Assembly: GCF_009914755.1 (NCBI RefSeq)
Contig: NC_060927.1
DNA length: 64,000 bases
Strand: one strand, 5' to 3'
Source of the DNA: the human T2T-CHM13v2.0 reference genome, Homo sapiens
The position numbers and the translations under genes were made by a program. The notes under the pieces were generated by a model. That model saw only the letters and a list, made by a program, of their open reading frames with translations. It had not been told where the DNA came from and ran no database searches. How positions within the stretch are numbered: the stretch's first letter is position 1; each line of letters opens with the position of its first letter. This document shows positions 39,604 through 50,175 of the stretch, piece by piece.

Positions 39604-39723
39604 TGACAGGTAAGGTAAGAGACACGACTGAGCCCACTCTGACTGTGGTGTACACTGAGGAACTGGCAGGGAGAGAGGCCTTCCACATTCAGCTGGGCTC
39701 AGGAAAAGGACCACACAACATTG

Positions 39724-39742
39724 TGGCCACCAGGGGGCGGGC
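39724..39742 (+). promoter_or_regulatory. CTCF motif (near consensus)
   Basis: TGGCCACCAGGGGGCGGGC versus consensus TGGCCACCAGGGGGCGCTA. The first 16 positions are identical. Confidence 0.75.
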
Positions 39743-41239
39743 TGCACCTGCTGGACCACTGACCCGTTTGAAAGCCTTATTCTTGGGAGTGAAGTGTCTT
39801 TAGATGGGAAGGATGCTGTCCCCAGGTCCCACCTGGGGACAAGTAGAGAACATCCCTGGGGACAAGGGTAGAGGTAGAAGATGGCTAGGAAGCCAGGTGT
39901 CAGTGGACATAGACATTTGATTGGAAGAATCCATGTGTGATGGGGGAGAGTGGGTCTTGGTAAGAAAGGATCAGGATGTTGAGGAAGCATGGGAGTTATG
40001 GGTGTTGAAGGCAGAAGGATGAGCTTCTGGGGATCCCTTAGGGATGGTGTCCTGGAACAAGCTGAGTGGGGAATACAGGGTGTCTTGAGGTGTAAGGATG
40101 TCCTCTGCCTTTCCTAACACCTTGATCATCCCGGTTATGGGGAAAAGTAGTAGCTGGAGGTCACATCCTTCCCCTAGAGATCTCTACTCCTTGCTTCAGA
40201 TGCTACTCGCAGGCCACTCCAGCCCAGGCATGTAACTGTGATTTGATTACATGAGCCAGTAGAGCCCCCACTGTTGCTTAAGCTGGTCTGAGTTTTGACT
40301 TTAACCTTCAGATCTTAACTAGTTTCTGAACTGGTGCCTGTTCCTTGCTCAAGAGGTCTCAGTGGCTCCAGATTACCCTTAGGTTAAATTCCAAACTCAA
40401 CCTGGTCTTCAGGACCTCCACCTCTTCCTCCGTCATTATGTCCTACTTCTCCTCAAATACAGCCTTCTCTGTGGAGATTGTAGATGAAAAAGTCCGCTCA
40501 TCCAGGAACTGAAGGCTCTGGAAATGACACTGTTAGCATCATCACCTCTGTGGGGACTCCCTGGAGAATAAATCAGTTCTACTCTGTGCCACCCTCTGAT
40601 TGCTCTTCTGCCTCCTCCATTAGGCTGTGAGCCCCTTAAGGGTATTTTGTCCACTGCATGTGGCCCTAGCCTGGCACAATAAGGGCATCCGATACATACT
40701 TGGTGTGGGAGTGGTTTGGCCTGCCTAGGCTAGCACAGGGCTCTTTGGAACTGATTTCAGACTCTGGGCCTGGTTCCCAGTAGGAGAGAAGGGCTGCTGC
40801 CTGGAGGAACCTCATCTAGGTCCCAAGGTGACCCCAGGAGAGAGACCTGTGGGTGGGCTCAGGTTCATTTCCACTTTACTAATCACCACGAATCTCTGCC
40901 CAAATCCAACTTCCACTTCTTTTCCAATAGGACACTTACCACCCTCAGGCCCAGCTCCTGAAAGAAAGGGCTGGGAAGACTGAGCTAGAGACATGTGAAG
41001 CTAGACTCAGAAAGAGACAGAGACATAGAAAAATACCTGAGACAGAGAGCGAGAGACAGAGTCTGAGTAACAGACACACAAAACTTGAGACTGAGATGCC
41101 CACAAAGAGGAGAAAAAGCAGACCAAGAAACAGTGCCCGCCAGGAGAGATTCAAAGGTGGCGAGCAGGGCAGGGGCAGGCTGCGAATGATGGAGGCAGAG
41201 AGCATTGCAAAGGGCCCTCAACTTTGTCTGGGCCCACAA

Positions 41240-41650
41240 GCCAGAAACTTGGAGGCCATTTCCTCCTTGCTCATCCCTCACTCCTCAAGCCCAAGCAGTA
41301 GGCAAGACTTGTCCAACCTCCTTCCAAAATGTATCTGGAATCTGTCTAGCCCCCTTAATCCTCACAACTACCATCATCCTCTTTCTGTATTAATGCAATA
41401 TCTTCTGTAGGTCTCCCTGCCTCTTGCACTACCTCAGCAGAAATATTCTAAACACATATCTGATTATGTCATTCCCACAGCCCCCCAAATAAAGCCCAGA
41501 TGCTTTTCCTGCTTTACAAGGCTTTGCTTGATCTGAGAGCTACCCAGCACCAGTGTCCAAAATCCCAGCCATTGCAGACCTTTCCAGAGCATGTTCTGTC
41601 CCTCGCCTCTAGGCCTGGAACATGCTGCTGCTCCTTCTAGCTGAACACCC
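41240..41650 (+). mobile_element. L2 fragment (another at ~40340-40710)
   Basis: AGAAACTTGGAGGCCATT...CCTTCCAAAATGTATCTGGAATCTG...CTGATTATGTCATTCC. Confidence 0.55.
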
Positions 41651-42039
41651 ATCTGTGATGTCCACCCCCAGTTCCCCTTTCCTCAAATCACCATCTCATT
41701 TTGATCTCAATGCCCAATGTTCCTTCCTCAGGGGCAGCCTCTTTCTGGCCTCACTCCTCACGCTTGCACTCACAGAGCAGTGTCACCCCTATGTGTCACC
41801 TGAGTCCAACTCCAACCACTCCCTCTTGGAGCTCTACCAGAGACTCCAGGCTAGGGTGCCCTGGGCAATTTCTTCCATCTTCCTATCTGCTCCTGTCCTT
41901 GGTCCCTTGGGGCTGGGTTCGTCAGCCCTAGCCTCATGTCCCCCTACCCTTGGTATCCCAATCTTTACCCCCTACTCTGTGTAGCACCTTCATTCTAAGG
42001 TCATGGTCCTTTCTACATGTCTCATTTGTATGTTTTTTA

Positions 42040-42384
<345 letters not shown>

Positions 42385-45300
42385 CTATTAAAAGAATTAT
42401 ATGTAAATAAAAATTAAAGAAAAATATTAAACCTGTTCTTGTACAGGTGGTACAAGGACACTGTATGATGGGAATTTGGGAAACGTAACTTCAACCAACA
42501 CTTTGGTGCTCTGTCTAGGTCCCCTTGGGCCCCTTTCACTGTTTCTGGACATCCCCCACTGGGGCTTGATGTGCTCTGGCTTCCCATGGCTGGCACCTGT
42601 CCTCAGGTCAGTGGGGCTGCTTTGCTCCTATTCCCAGAGAGCCCCAGAGTGCCCAGGGGCTTAAGGCCCCCAGGGACAGCCTTTGGCTATGACTGACTGA
42701 CTTGTGTGAGAGTATGATAGCTCAACTCCCTACTTGTCATTTTAGATAACTCTGAGATCCCCAGTGTCTAGAGCAGAACCTTGCATATAGAATATGCACT
42801 CAATAAATGTTTGTTGAATGAATATAGCCAAATTTATCAGTCTTATCCTGGCAATTTCTTAAGTTTTTGTCACTCTCAGGCCTTTCCCATCCAAGATCAA
42901 AAAGCACTTACCCATTTGTTCTGGTTTATGTTAATTTTTTATATTTAATTATTCAGTCTATCTTGAATGTGCTGTAAGGACTGGGATAAAGATATATTTT
43001 TTCCTCATGGATAGGTACTTGTCCCAACAATTTTTGAATCTTTCTTTCATGTGTAAAACCAAAATACTGTGTTATCTAAGACTGTTTCAGTAAGGTATTA
43101 TGCAATCACTTATAATAGTAGTAACAGCAATTATGTCACCACATAAGAAAATGCTAACCTTATAATTTTAAACATGGCTTTTTTATAGCTACATAAAATT
43201 ATGTCAGCATATAGGCAAGGACAGGGAGAAATGGAGGAAATTAGAGATGGACTAAGGGATGGTGATAGGGCTATAGGTGATACTTTTCTTTGATTCTATT
43301 AATATTGATAAAATAATAAATCAAAGAGCATAACTGAGGGGAACAAGGACTTAAAAGATAGCAAGTTGTTTTCTTGCTTGAGCCTGAAAGACTTGGGCGA
43401 AGGTAAGGGTTTTTTTTTTTTCAAGGTGATCTCAGGAACCTGAGGATGGTGGGGGATGCAGGTAAAGGAAAATTGTTACTGGAGGGTCCTGGGGAGTCAT
43501 TGCTACAAAAGAGGCCAAACAAGAAAGACTCTATATATGAAAATGACTTCCTCCAGCCCTGTACCACTGAGCTCTGAGCTTCCCAGCCTTCATTAAGTGA
43601 AAAGAAGCTCTGGAAGTACTCCCACCTCCCAAATAAGGGATCCAGCCCTCAAGCATGTTAATCAGTGACTCCAAATGTTTCCATCACTTTGCCCTCGCTG
43701 ATGGACTATTTGGGATGCTTCATCGACCAGGCAGCAGAGATGCTAATCTTTGTGGTTATGACCAAAAACTGTAGAACCATATCCCCAGGCCCTCCCCACT
43801 CAGCAATCTCTGGAAGATCCTTCTCTGACCCCTTAGAATTCAGAAGTCTTTTTCTTTTTTATTTTTCTTATTTTAGAAAATTGATTTCACCAGGTCCCAG
43901 GTCAGCCACACCCTCATAACAAATGTGAAGAGCATTAGAAGTTAGAACAAGGGAAATGCTAGCTGCCATGGGGCCCTAATGTGGTCTGTATTAGGGAGTA
44001 TTGGGAGTCCGTCCCAGTATTGTGGTCTGTATTGGGAGGATTAAGAAGGGCATGCCCTGGAGCCTGGGCTATTACACTAGGGCTTGCCTTCCTGACTAAA
44101 AGGGCACTTCTTCAACTATCATGGATCTACCCCATGAGGTGATTCACTGGGGTCCCAAAGGTGCCCTTGGAAAAGCAGCTACTCACACGTGAGCACGCCC
44201 CAAGGGCAACTGGCACCTGGTCCCGCCCACACACACAGAGCCAGAATGCCAGTGGAGGTCCTGGATTTGGAGCAGAACGCCCACCTCTTGCCTACCAACT
44301 ACCTTTTACAGCAGCTCCCCTGGAGTGCCTTTCCACCTGCCTCGGCCGCAGAAGCCCTGTCCCAGGACTGTCTCCCACACCTGGACCCTCATGGGGCTCC
44401 TACAGGTACAGAGACCACCGATGTCTGCGGGCTGACCACAGGCCAAAGGCTCTTCCGGAAGTGTCCTTTAATACTTTGGAGAGGCTCGCCGGTTCCCCCG
44501 GTGAGCACGGGACCTGACTGCATCAGCTCCAGGATCCAGGAGATGTGGGGAAGTGAGAAAGATCCTGTTTGGCCTCGCCTGCTGGAAGCCACAGAAGAGC
44601 TGGACATGCCCGCAAGGCCTGAAGTGCGCGCGCAACCTAGCAGGCGGAGGCAAGCAGCTCTTCGCCTCAGGCCGCCCACTGAACCCTGCCCACCGACGTC
44701 GCGCCCTGTAGGCCCTCCCAGGCCCTCCTGATTCGTGGAGAGCGCGCGCGAGCGCTCCTGCCCCACCCCCGAGCCCGCCCTCCTGCGGCACTACCCCGCC
44801 CCCCCGGCTTACGGGGCTGCAGAGTGTGGCCTGCAAGTTGGAAGCGCAGGACGCGGGCGTCCAAAGGCCCCGACGCTCCCAGGCTGAGGAGGCACTTTGT
44901 CGTCTCTCCCACGCTCTGGCCGTCGTCCTAGGCCTGACAGTGGCCAGCTGCCTTGCACAAGCACAGTCCCTGCCAGACTTGGTCTGCCACCAGCGCCTTC
45001 CGCTCTTCTGCCCTCGACGGACTCCCCCGGTCCCCTTGCTGCACAGCACCCGAAAATGCCCACTGCCCAGGCCCCTCTCAGTCACGACACCCTCACGTGC
45101 AGGAGGTTGGTCCTTCAGGACCCGCCGCCCCTCACGCGGGCTCTGGGGCCGAATGCTGACGCGAGTCCCGCCAGCATCCGAACAACCTGAGCCTCTGGCC
45201 CGGTCCGCAGACTCCCTCTCTGCACAGATCACTCCCGATCCCGCTCACTCCTGGGACCCCTCAAGCTGGGGAGCGCAGCCCTGGGCCTCTCCGAACCTTC

Positions 45301-45863
45301 CCCACGCTCCCCGGTCTCCATCACAGCAGCGCCGCGCCCGGGCCCCTCTGCGGGCCGTCTGGGTGTCACTACCGCTCCTGGGCAGCCCCCACTTCTGCAC
45401 ACCGCTTCCCTCCGCACTCACGTCCCAGGCCCCTCGGTTCCCTCGCCTGGACGCCCCTCGCCCAGCACCTTCCCGAGACACCCTCACAGCACCTCCGCCA
45501 GCACTTCCCGCGCCTCCTCGCGGTAAATATCCCTCCTCGGGCCCCCTTCCTCGCTCCTGCCTCCATGCCATGCCCCCTCGGCCCCCGGGCTCCCACACTG
45601 CACCCTTCCGAATCCTTCCAGTGCCCCCCACGGGCCCCCGCGAATCCCCCCGCTCCCCTCACCCCACCCATCTGCCTCAGACTCCTCCCCACATCTCTCA
45701 CACCCCAGGCCTCTCACCTCACTCATTCTGCCAGGCCCCCCTGACACCCCTCACTTCTAACCCCCCGAGCCCCTCTGCCGTCCGCTACACCCCGAGCCCC
45801 TCACCCCACTCAACTGCCCCGGGCCCCCGCGCGCGCGGCCGCCCCCTCCCGCCCTCCACTCAC

Positions 45864-45960
45864 CCTGTGTCGGCCCCGCTCCCCTCTCCCCCACCAGGCG
45901 AGCAGGCGAGCGGGCAGAGCCCGCGGCGGAGGCCGGTCCCCGGGCCGGGACACACCCACC
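45864..45960 (-). ncRNA. ITGA9-AS1: Probable first exon of the antisense lncRNA ITGA9-AS1 (5' end uncertain)
   Basis: Strong minus-strand donor CAGG|GTGAGT (plus strand ACTCAC at 45858-45863) inside the CpG island. ITGA9-AS1 is known to start head-to-head with CTDSPL. Confidence 0.55.
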
Positions 45961-46362
45961 CGCCCGCCCTTCTTCTTTCCCTCCCTTCCTTTCTCCTTCC
46001 CTCCCTCTCTCCCGCCCTCCCGCCCTCCCGCCCTCGCTCGCTCCTTCCCCCTCGCCCGCCCGCTCCCGCTTCCAGCGGCGCCGGGCCTCCCGCTCCGCCT
46101 CCCCGTGCGCGGCTCTCCCGGGCGCGGCTCCGGGGTTCATGGTGACGAGGCGGCGGCCGCTCGAGCCCAGCGGCGGCGGCGGCGGGAGCTGGGGCGCGGG
46201 CCCGGGCCGCCTCTCCCAGAGCGCGGGGCCGGGCGGCGGGCGCGCCCAGGCAGCGGCTGCGAGCGCCCCCCCGCGCCGCGCCCCCGCGCCCCCCGCGCCG
46301 CGCCCCCGCGCGCTTGGCTTGCGGGGGGCCGGGCCTGCGGGCGGCCGCCGCGCCGCGCACCC

Positions 46363-46441
46363 ATGGACGGCCCGGCCATCATCACCCAGGTGACCAACCC
46401 CAAGGAGGACGAGGGCCGGTTGCCGGGCGCGGGCGAGAAAG
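46363..46441 (+). CDS. CTDSPL: CTD small phosphatase-like (SCP3/RBSP3), first coding exon MDGPAIITQVTNPKEDEGRLPGAGEK(A)
   Basis: ATG at 46363 inside a CpG island. The peptide matches the recognised CTDSPL N-terminus (IITQV motif of the SCP family). Donor AAG|GTGAGG after 46441, phase 1. Confidence 0.95.
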
Positions 46442-46599
46442 GTGAGGAGGGGCGCAGGCGGCCGCGGGCTGGGGGCGAGCGCACACCCCGCGCCGCTGGA
46501 GTTCACTGCCGGGCGCCGGCATGGGCCTGGGGGAGGGGTGCACAGGGCCCGGAGGGTGCGTGGGTGTGGGGTGCGCCCGGAGGAGAGCGAGGCTGCCAG

Positions 46600-47235
46600 A
46601 GTGCGTGTGCCGACTGAGCCAGTGTGAGTGTGCAGGGGCTGGCGGAGAGACTGGGAGCGAGTGTGTGTGCATCTAACCGGGAGGTTGTGAGTTTGTGTGC
46701 GCGCACGCCCGCAGAGAAGTTGTGAGCCTGTGTGTGCACCTAACACAGAGGTTCTAAGTGTGTGCACTTGTATGTGTGTGTGCACACGCGGACAGAGTGA
46801 TTGTAAGGATATGTGTGCACCTCACAGAGAGGTTGTGAGATTGTAAGGGTTTGCGCACCTAACGGAGATGTTGTGAGTGCTTTTTTTCCTGACAGGCTGT
46901 GAGTTTGTGTTGTGTGTATTAGAGGTTTGTATGGACCTGACTGAGGGGTTGTGGAATGTGTGTGCGTGAGCATGAGCCTGGAGAGGTTCTATGCCTGTTC
47001 ACTCCTGACAGAGTTTGTGAGTGTGTATGATTGTGTGACTACACCACCCAACTGGCGGATTGAATGTGTTGTATACATCTACTGGGAGGGCGTGTGTGTG
47101 TGTAAATTGTATACAATGAGGCTGTGTGCATCAGTGCACCTAACCACGAACCTGTGTGTACAGATGTGTGTGCCTTCCTGTGTATCAGACAATGAGGCCA
47201 TGTGTCTGGGTGTGTTTAGTTGGTTGTGCAAGTGC
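46600..47235 (+). repeat. TG-rich degenerate tandem-repeat region at the start of CTDSPL intron 1
   Basis: Recurring GTGTGCACCT(A/C)AC...GAGGTTGTGAG units and GT runs. Confidence 0.75.
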
Positions 47236-48875
47236 TGGAGTCTGGGGGGGAGAAGAGGCAGTTCGGAGCCATCCCCGCTTTCTCCCTTCTCCACTCTTTG
47301 CTGTCTCCGGGCCACCAGCATGTTGGGAGGACTTACAAGGCCTGGCCCTTCCAGGGCCCTTTTAGGACCCAGCTTTAAAGGGCACTTGTGGATCCCTTAT
47401 AGTGCCAGGAGTGTCCCCTCCCAGAGAGCTGGCCAAGGGCTCAGCCAGCACTGTGCTTCTGTGCCTGATTTGATTTTGGCACATTTTGACCCCAGCCCCC
47501 CATTCTGTTTCCTTTTTGTCCTTTCTCTTGGTGTCTGTGTTCCCACTTAGAGACTTGGCGTGTCCCCCTCTCTTGCATGCCTGGAACTTTCTGTGCCTCT
47601 AGTGTGTTGGGACTTGGACAGACTGTTTTGAAGGGTCAAGGAATCTGGCTTCTTTTGTTCTGGTGACTAAAGCTTGCCTCATTCTCTTCCTGTCCTGCGC
47701 CTCGTGAACACCTGGACTGAGGTCAGGTGCAGCCCACCAGGACCCCTGACCCCTCTCCAGGCCGGAGCTGGCCACAGCCGGCTTTGGGGATGAGTCAGAT
47801 TTCTTTCTAGGGGCTCCCACCTTTGCTGTGCCAGTGGGTGAGGTGTGCAGCCCCTGCTAGAAATCTGCGTGGGAGTGAGGGGAATATTCTGCCTCTCCTC
47901 AGGCAGAGGCCACTGGGCAAGCCCGTCAGAAAAACGGAAGGAACCAGCAGGTACCCTCAGGTTGGGCATTTGTCAACCTGTTTGCAGTTTCGTAGACCAC
48001 AAACATTGTATGTGTCTGCAGACTGGATTTCTTTTATGTAAAATAAAGAATTCAAACTCTCTCAGGCATTTTTCTGTGCCTTTCAGATGGTCTAAAAAAT
48101 TCTGCAAGAGAGTGCTCCAGGTAAATCCCCGTATTTCTCTGGGACCCAAGTGGGCAGCTGCTTGGTGATCTGGACTTCCTGCCATAGGGGCTGTTAGTTC
48201 TTGGAGCCCTGGCTGGGTGTGTGCCCTCAGGGAGCGTTTGGTTGGAGGCATCAAGGAGGTTTGCTTCCTGTGCTCCTTACCAGCTGTGGATTGAGTGCTT
48301 TGTGTGATGCTTTGCCAGAGAGAATCCACAGCTCTTTGAGGAGAGGTGTGGCACAAAGCAGGGAAATATTTGTCAGAGCCTCAGACCTCCTGCTGCCCCC
48401 CACCTGACTCCAGGAGCAGGAGCAGGAGCTCTGCCAACTTTCCCTTTTCCTCTAGGTGCTAGGATTTTTAAAACAAAGAATCAATCTATCCAAAATCCAA
48501 ACCATGTACAAATACTCCAGGATAGTGCTTGTTCTATTCAACTTGTTTACATTACTTTTCATGACAATCTTTTATTATCTTTAGCAGCCTATTTTGTTTG
48601 CCAGTGTCAGATTGGTTGTTTGTTAACCGATTAGAGGAATTCTTTACCTGCAGCCCTGGGGTGGGGTGGTTGGCTAGTAGGTCCTTCTTGCTGAAGCATT
48701 GAAATCCTACTCAATTTAGTTCTTCACTTTAAAAAATGGAAATAATTTTGGTTACCTATAATGTCGCAATAAACTCTAGAGTCAAATGTTGGAATAATTT
48801 CTTCAGATTTATAAACCAGTAAACCGGTTCAGCAATGTTTCTAGCTTAAGCATGTTGATATCTTCAGATGGGCAC

Positions 48876-48944
48876 ATAAAATTATGTAAAATACATTTTT
48901 ACATAATTTTACATTATGTAAAAATGTATTTTACATAATTTTAT
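48876..48944. repeat. Perfect 32-bp inverted repeat with a 5-nt spacer
   Basis: 48876-48907 is the exact reverse complement of 48913-48944. Confidence 0.95.
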
Positions 48945-49694
48945 TTTGAGATAATTATTTTGTTTTAAAAATATTGGGCCTGGAATATTTTAAATATTTA
49001 AGTTTTATAATAGGGAAGAAACTATTGCTTTTACATGTTTACTTTCATCATTTATTCTGTAAAATAGGAATAGTAATGACTACCTCTGGGGTGTGACCTG
49101 AGGGTTCAAAGAGATGATGTACATTAAAGACTCTGCCTGGTTCACCACTGTGTCATGATTCCATAAATCTTTCTTTAGATACAGATTTACAAAGGAAGTA
49201 CTAAGCATGGGCTGTGGTGTTTTGCACCAAGTTGAATTACTTCTTGACACATTGCCACGTGGTGGTGCACAACTCAGAGATGACTGTCACTGTCAGCCTG
49301 GCCTGTCACAGAATGCTCATATCTTACAGTTGTGTTTGATTTGGTTGATAATGTCAAGATAAAGAGACAAATTTCCCTGTAAGTTTAACTCAGCCTACTT
49401 TGCAATCTGGAAATTTCCTCTTACACATTAATAGGAAAATGTCCAACAGTACAGTAGAAAAGTGGACAAGAGTTAGGAACAAGAAAGTCGTAGAGGAAGA
49501 AATCTGAATGGCCAATAAATATATGAAATTGTGCTCTACTTCATGTGAAACCTTTTCATGCATCAGCTTGGTTAAACATTTAAATGACTGCCAATGTTCA
49601 AAGTAGACAAAGGTTTGGAAAATGACTTAATAGACTTTTGTGAGAGAATAAAGTGAGTACAGAGTTTTTAGAGAGTAATTTAATACTGAATCAA

Positions 49695-50175
49695 TTAGGA
49701 ACACATTTGGCTGCAAGTAACAGAAAACCAGATTTACTGCAGCTTAAACCAATAGGAGTTTATTCTTCCCACATAATAAGCTGTCTGAGGTAGGCTGCTG
49801 ATAGCTTTTTCAGCAACTCATTGATACCAGGGCCAACATCATAGTGATTCTCCTGGTTTTCCCTCATGTTATAGCATGGCTGCCACCCTTCCAAACACCA
49901 CAGCCACCTTTAGGGCAGGAAAAAGAGTGCCAGTCTTGTGTATTCCTTTTACCTGGAAAGCAGAAACGCAAAAACATTCCTAGGGACCACCCAGAAAACT
50001 TTGCTGATGTTTAATTGGCCAGAACCAGGCCACATGGCTACCCCTTGCTGCAAACAGAGTGAGGAAAGTGAGTTTCCAGCTTTTAAACCAGCCTTTGCTG
50101 TGGGAGGCAGGAGGGGAGAAGATTGAAAATAGGTGGGAACAGGTATTGGTTCAGCCAAACAGCAGTATTGACCAC
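49695..50175. mobile_element. MLT1-family LTR inside an L1M remnant (~49430-50620)
   Basis: TTGGCTGCAAGTAACAGAAAACC and ATTGGCCAGAACC..CACATGGCTACCCC motifs. Confidence 0.7.

Larger units (their letters stand above)
44590..46620. promoter_or_regulatory. CpG island / likely bidirectional promoter (CTDSPL on +, ITGA9-AS1 on -)
   Basis: Very high GC and CpG density, many GC boxes (CCGCCC/GGGCGG), no obvious TATA box. Contains CTDSPL exon 1. Confidence 0.92.

Noticed and set aside
43980-44040. Short local duplication TGTGGTCTGTATT (similar small duplications near 4580 and 50560)
   Set aside because: Ordinary slippage duplications with no evidence of function.
44826-46145. 439-aa Pro-rich ORF, plus the overlapping 342-aa, 254-aa and other long ORFs in the CpG island
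   Set aside because: The 439-aa ORF starts at GTG, not ATG. Composition (P/R/A/G/S) reflects extreme GC content, long ORFs appear in most frames on both strands, and no domain is recognisable.
46442-46617. Continuation of the CTDSPL frame past the donor
   Set aside because: Intron read-through after AAG|GTGAGG. The peptide no longer matches CTDSPL.
48876-48944. Palindrome as miR-26a-1 or another pre-miRNA
   Set aside because: It does not contain the miR-26a sequence, which lies in a later CTDSPL intron outside this window. The stem is very AU-rich with competing folds.
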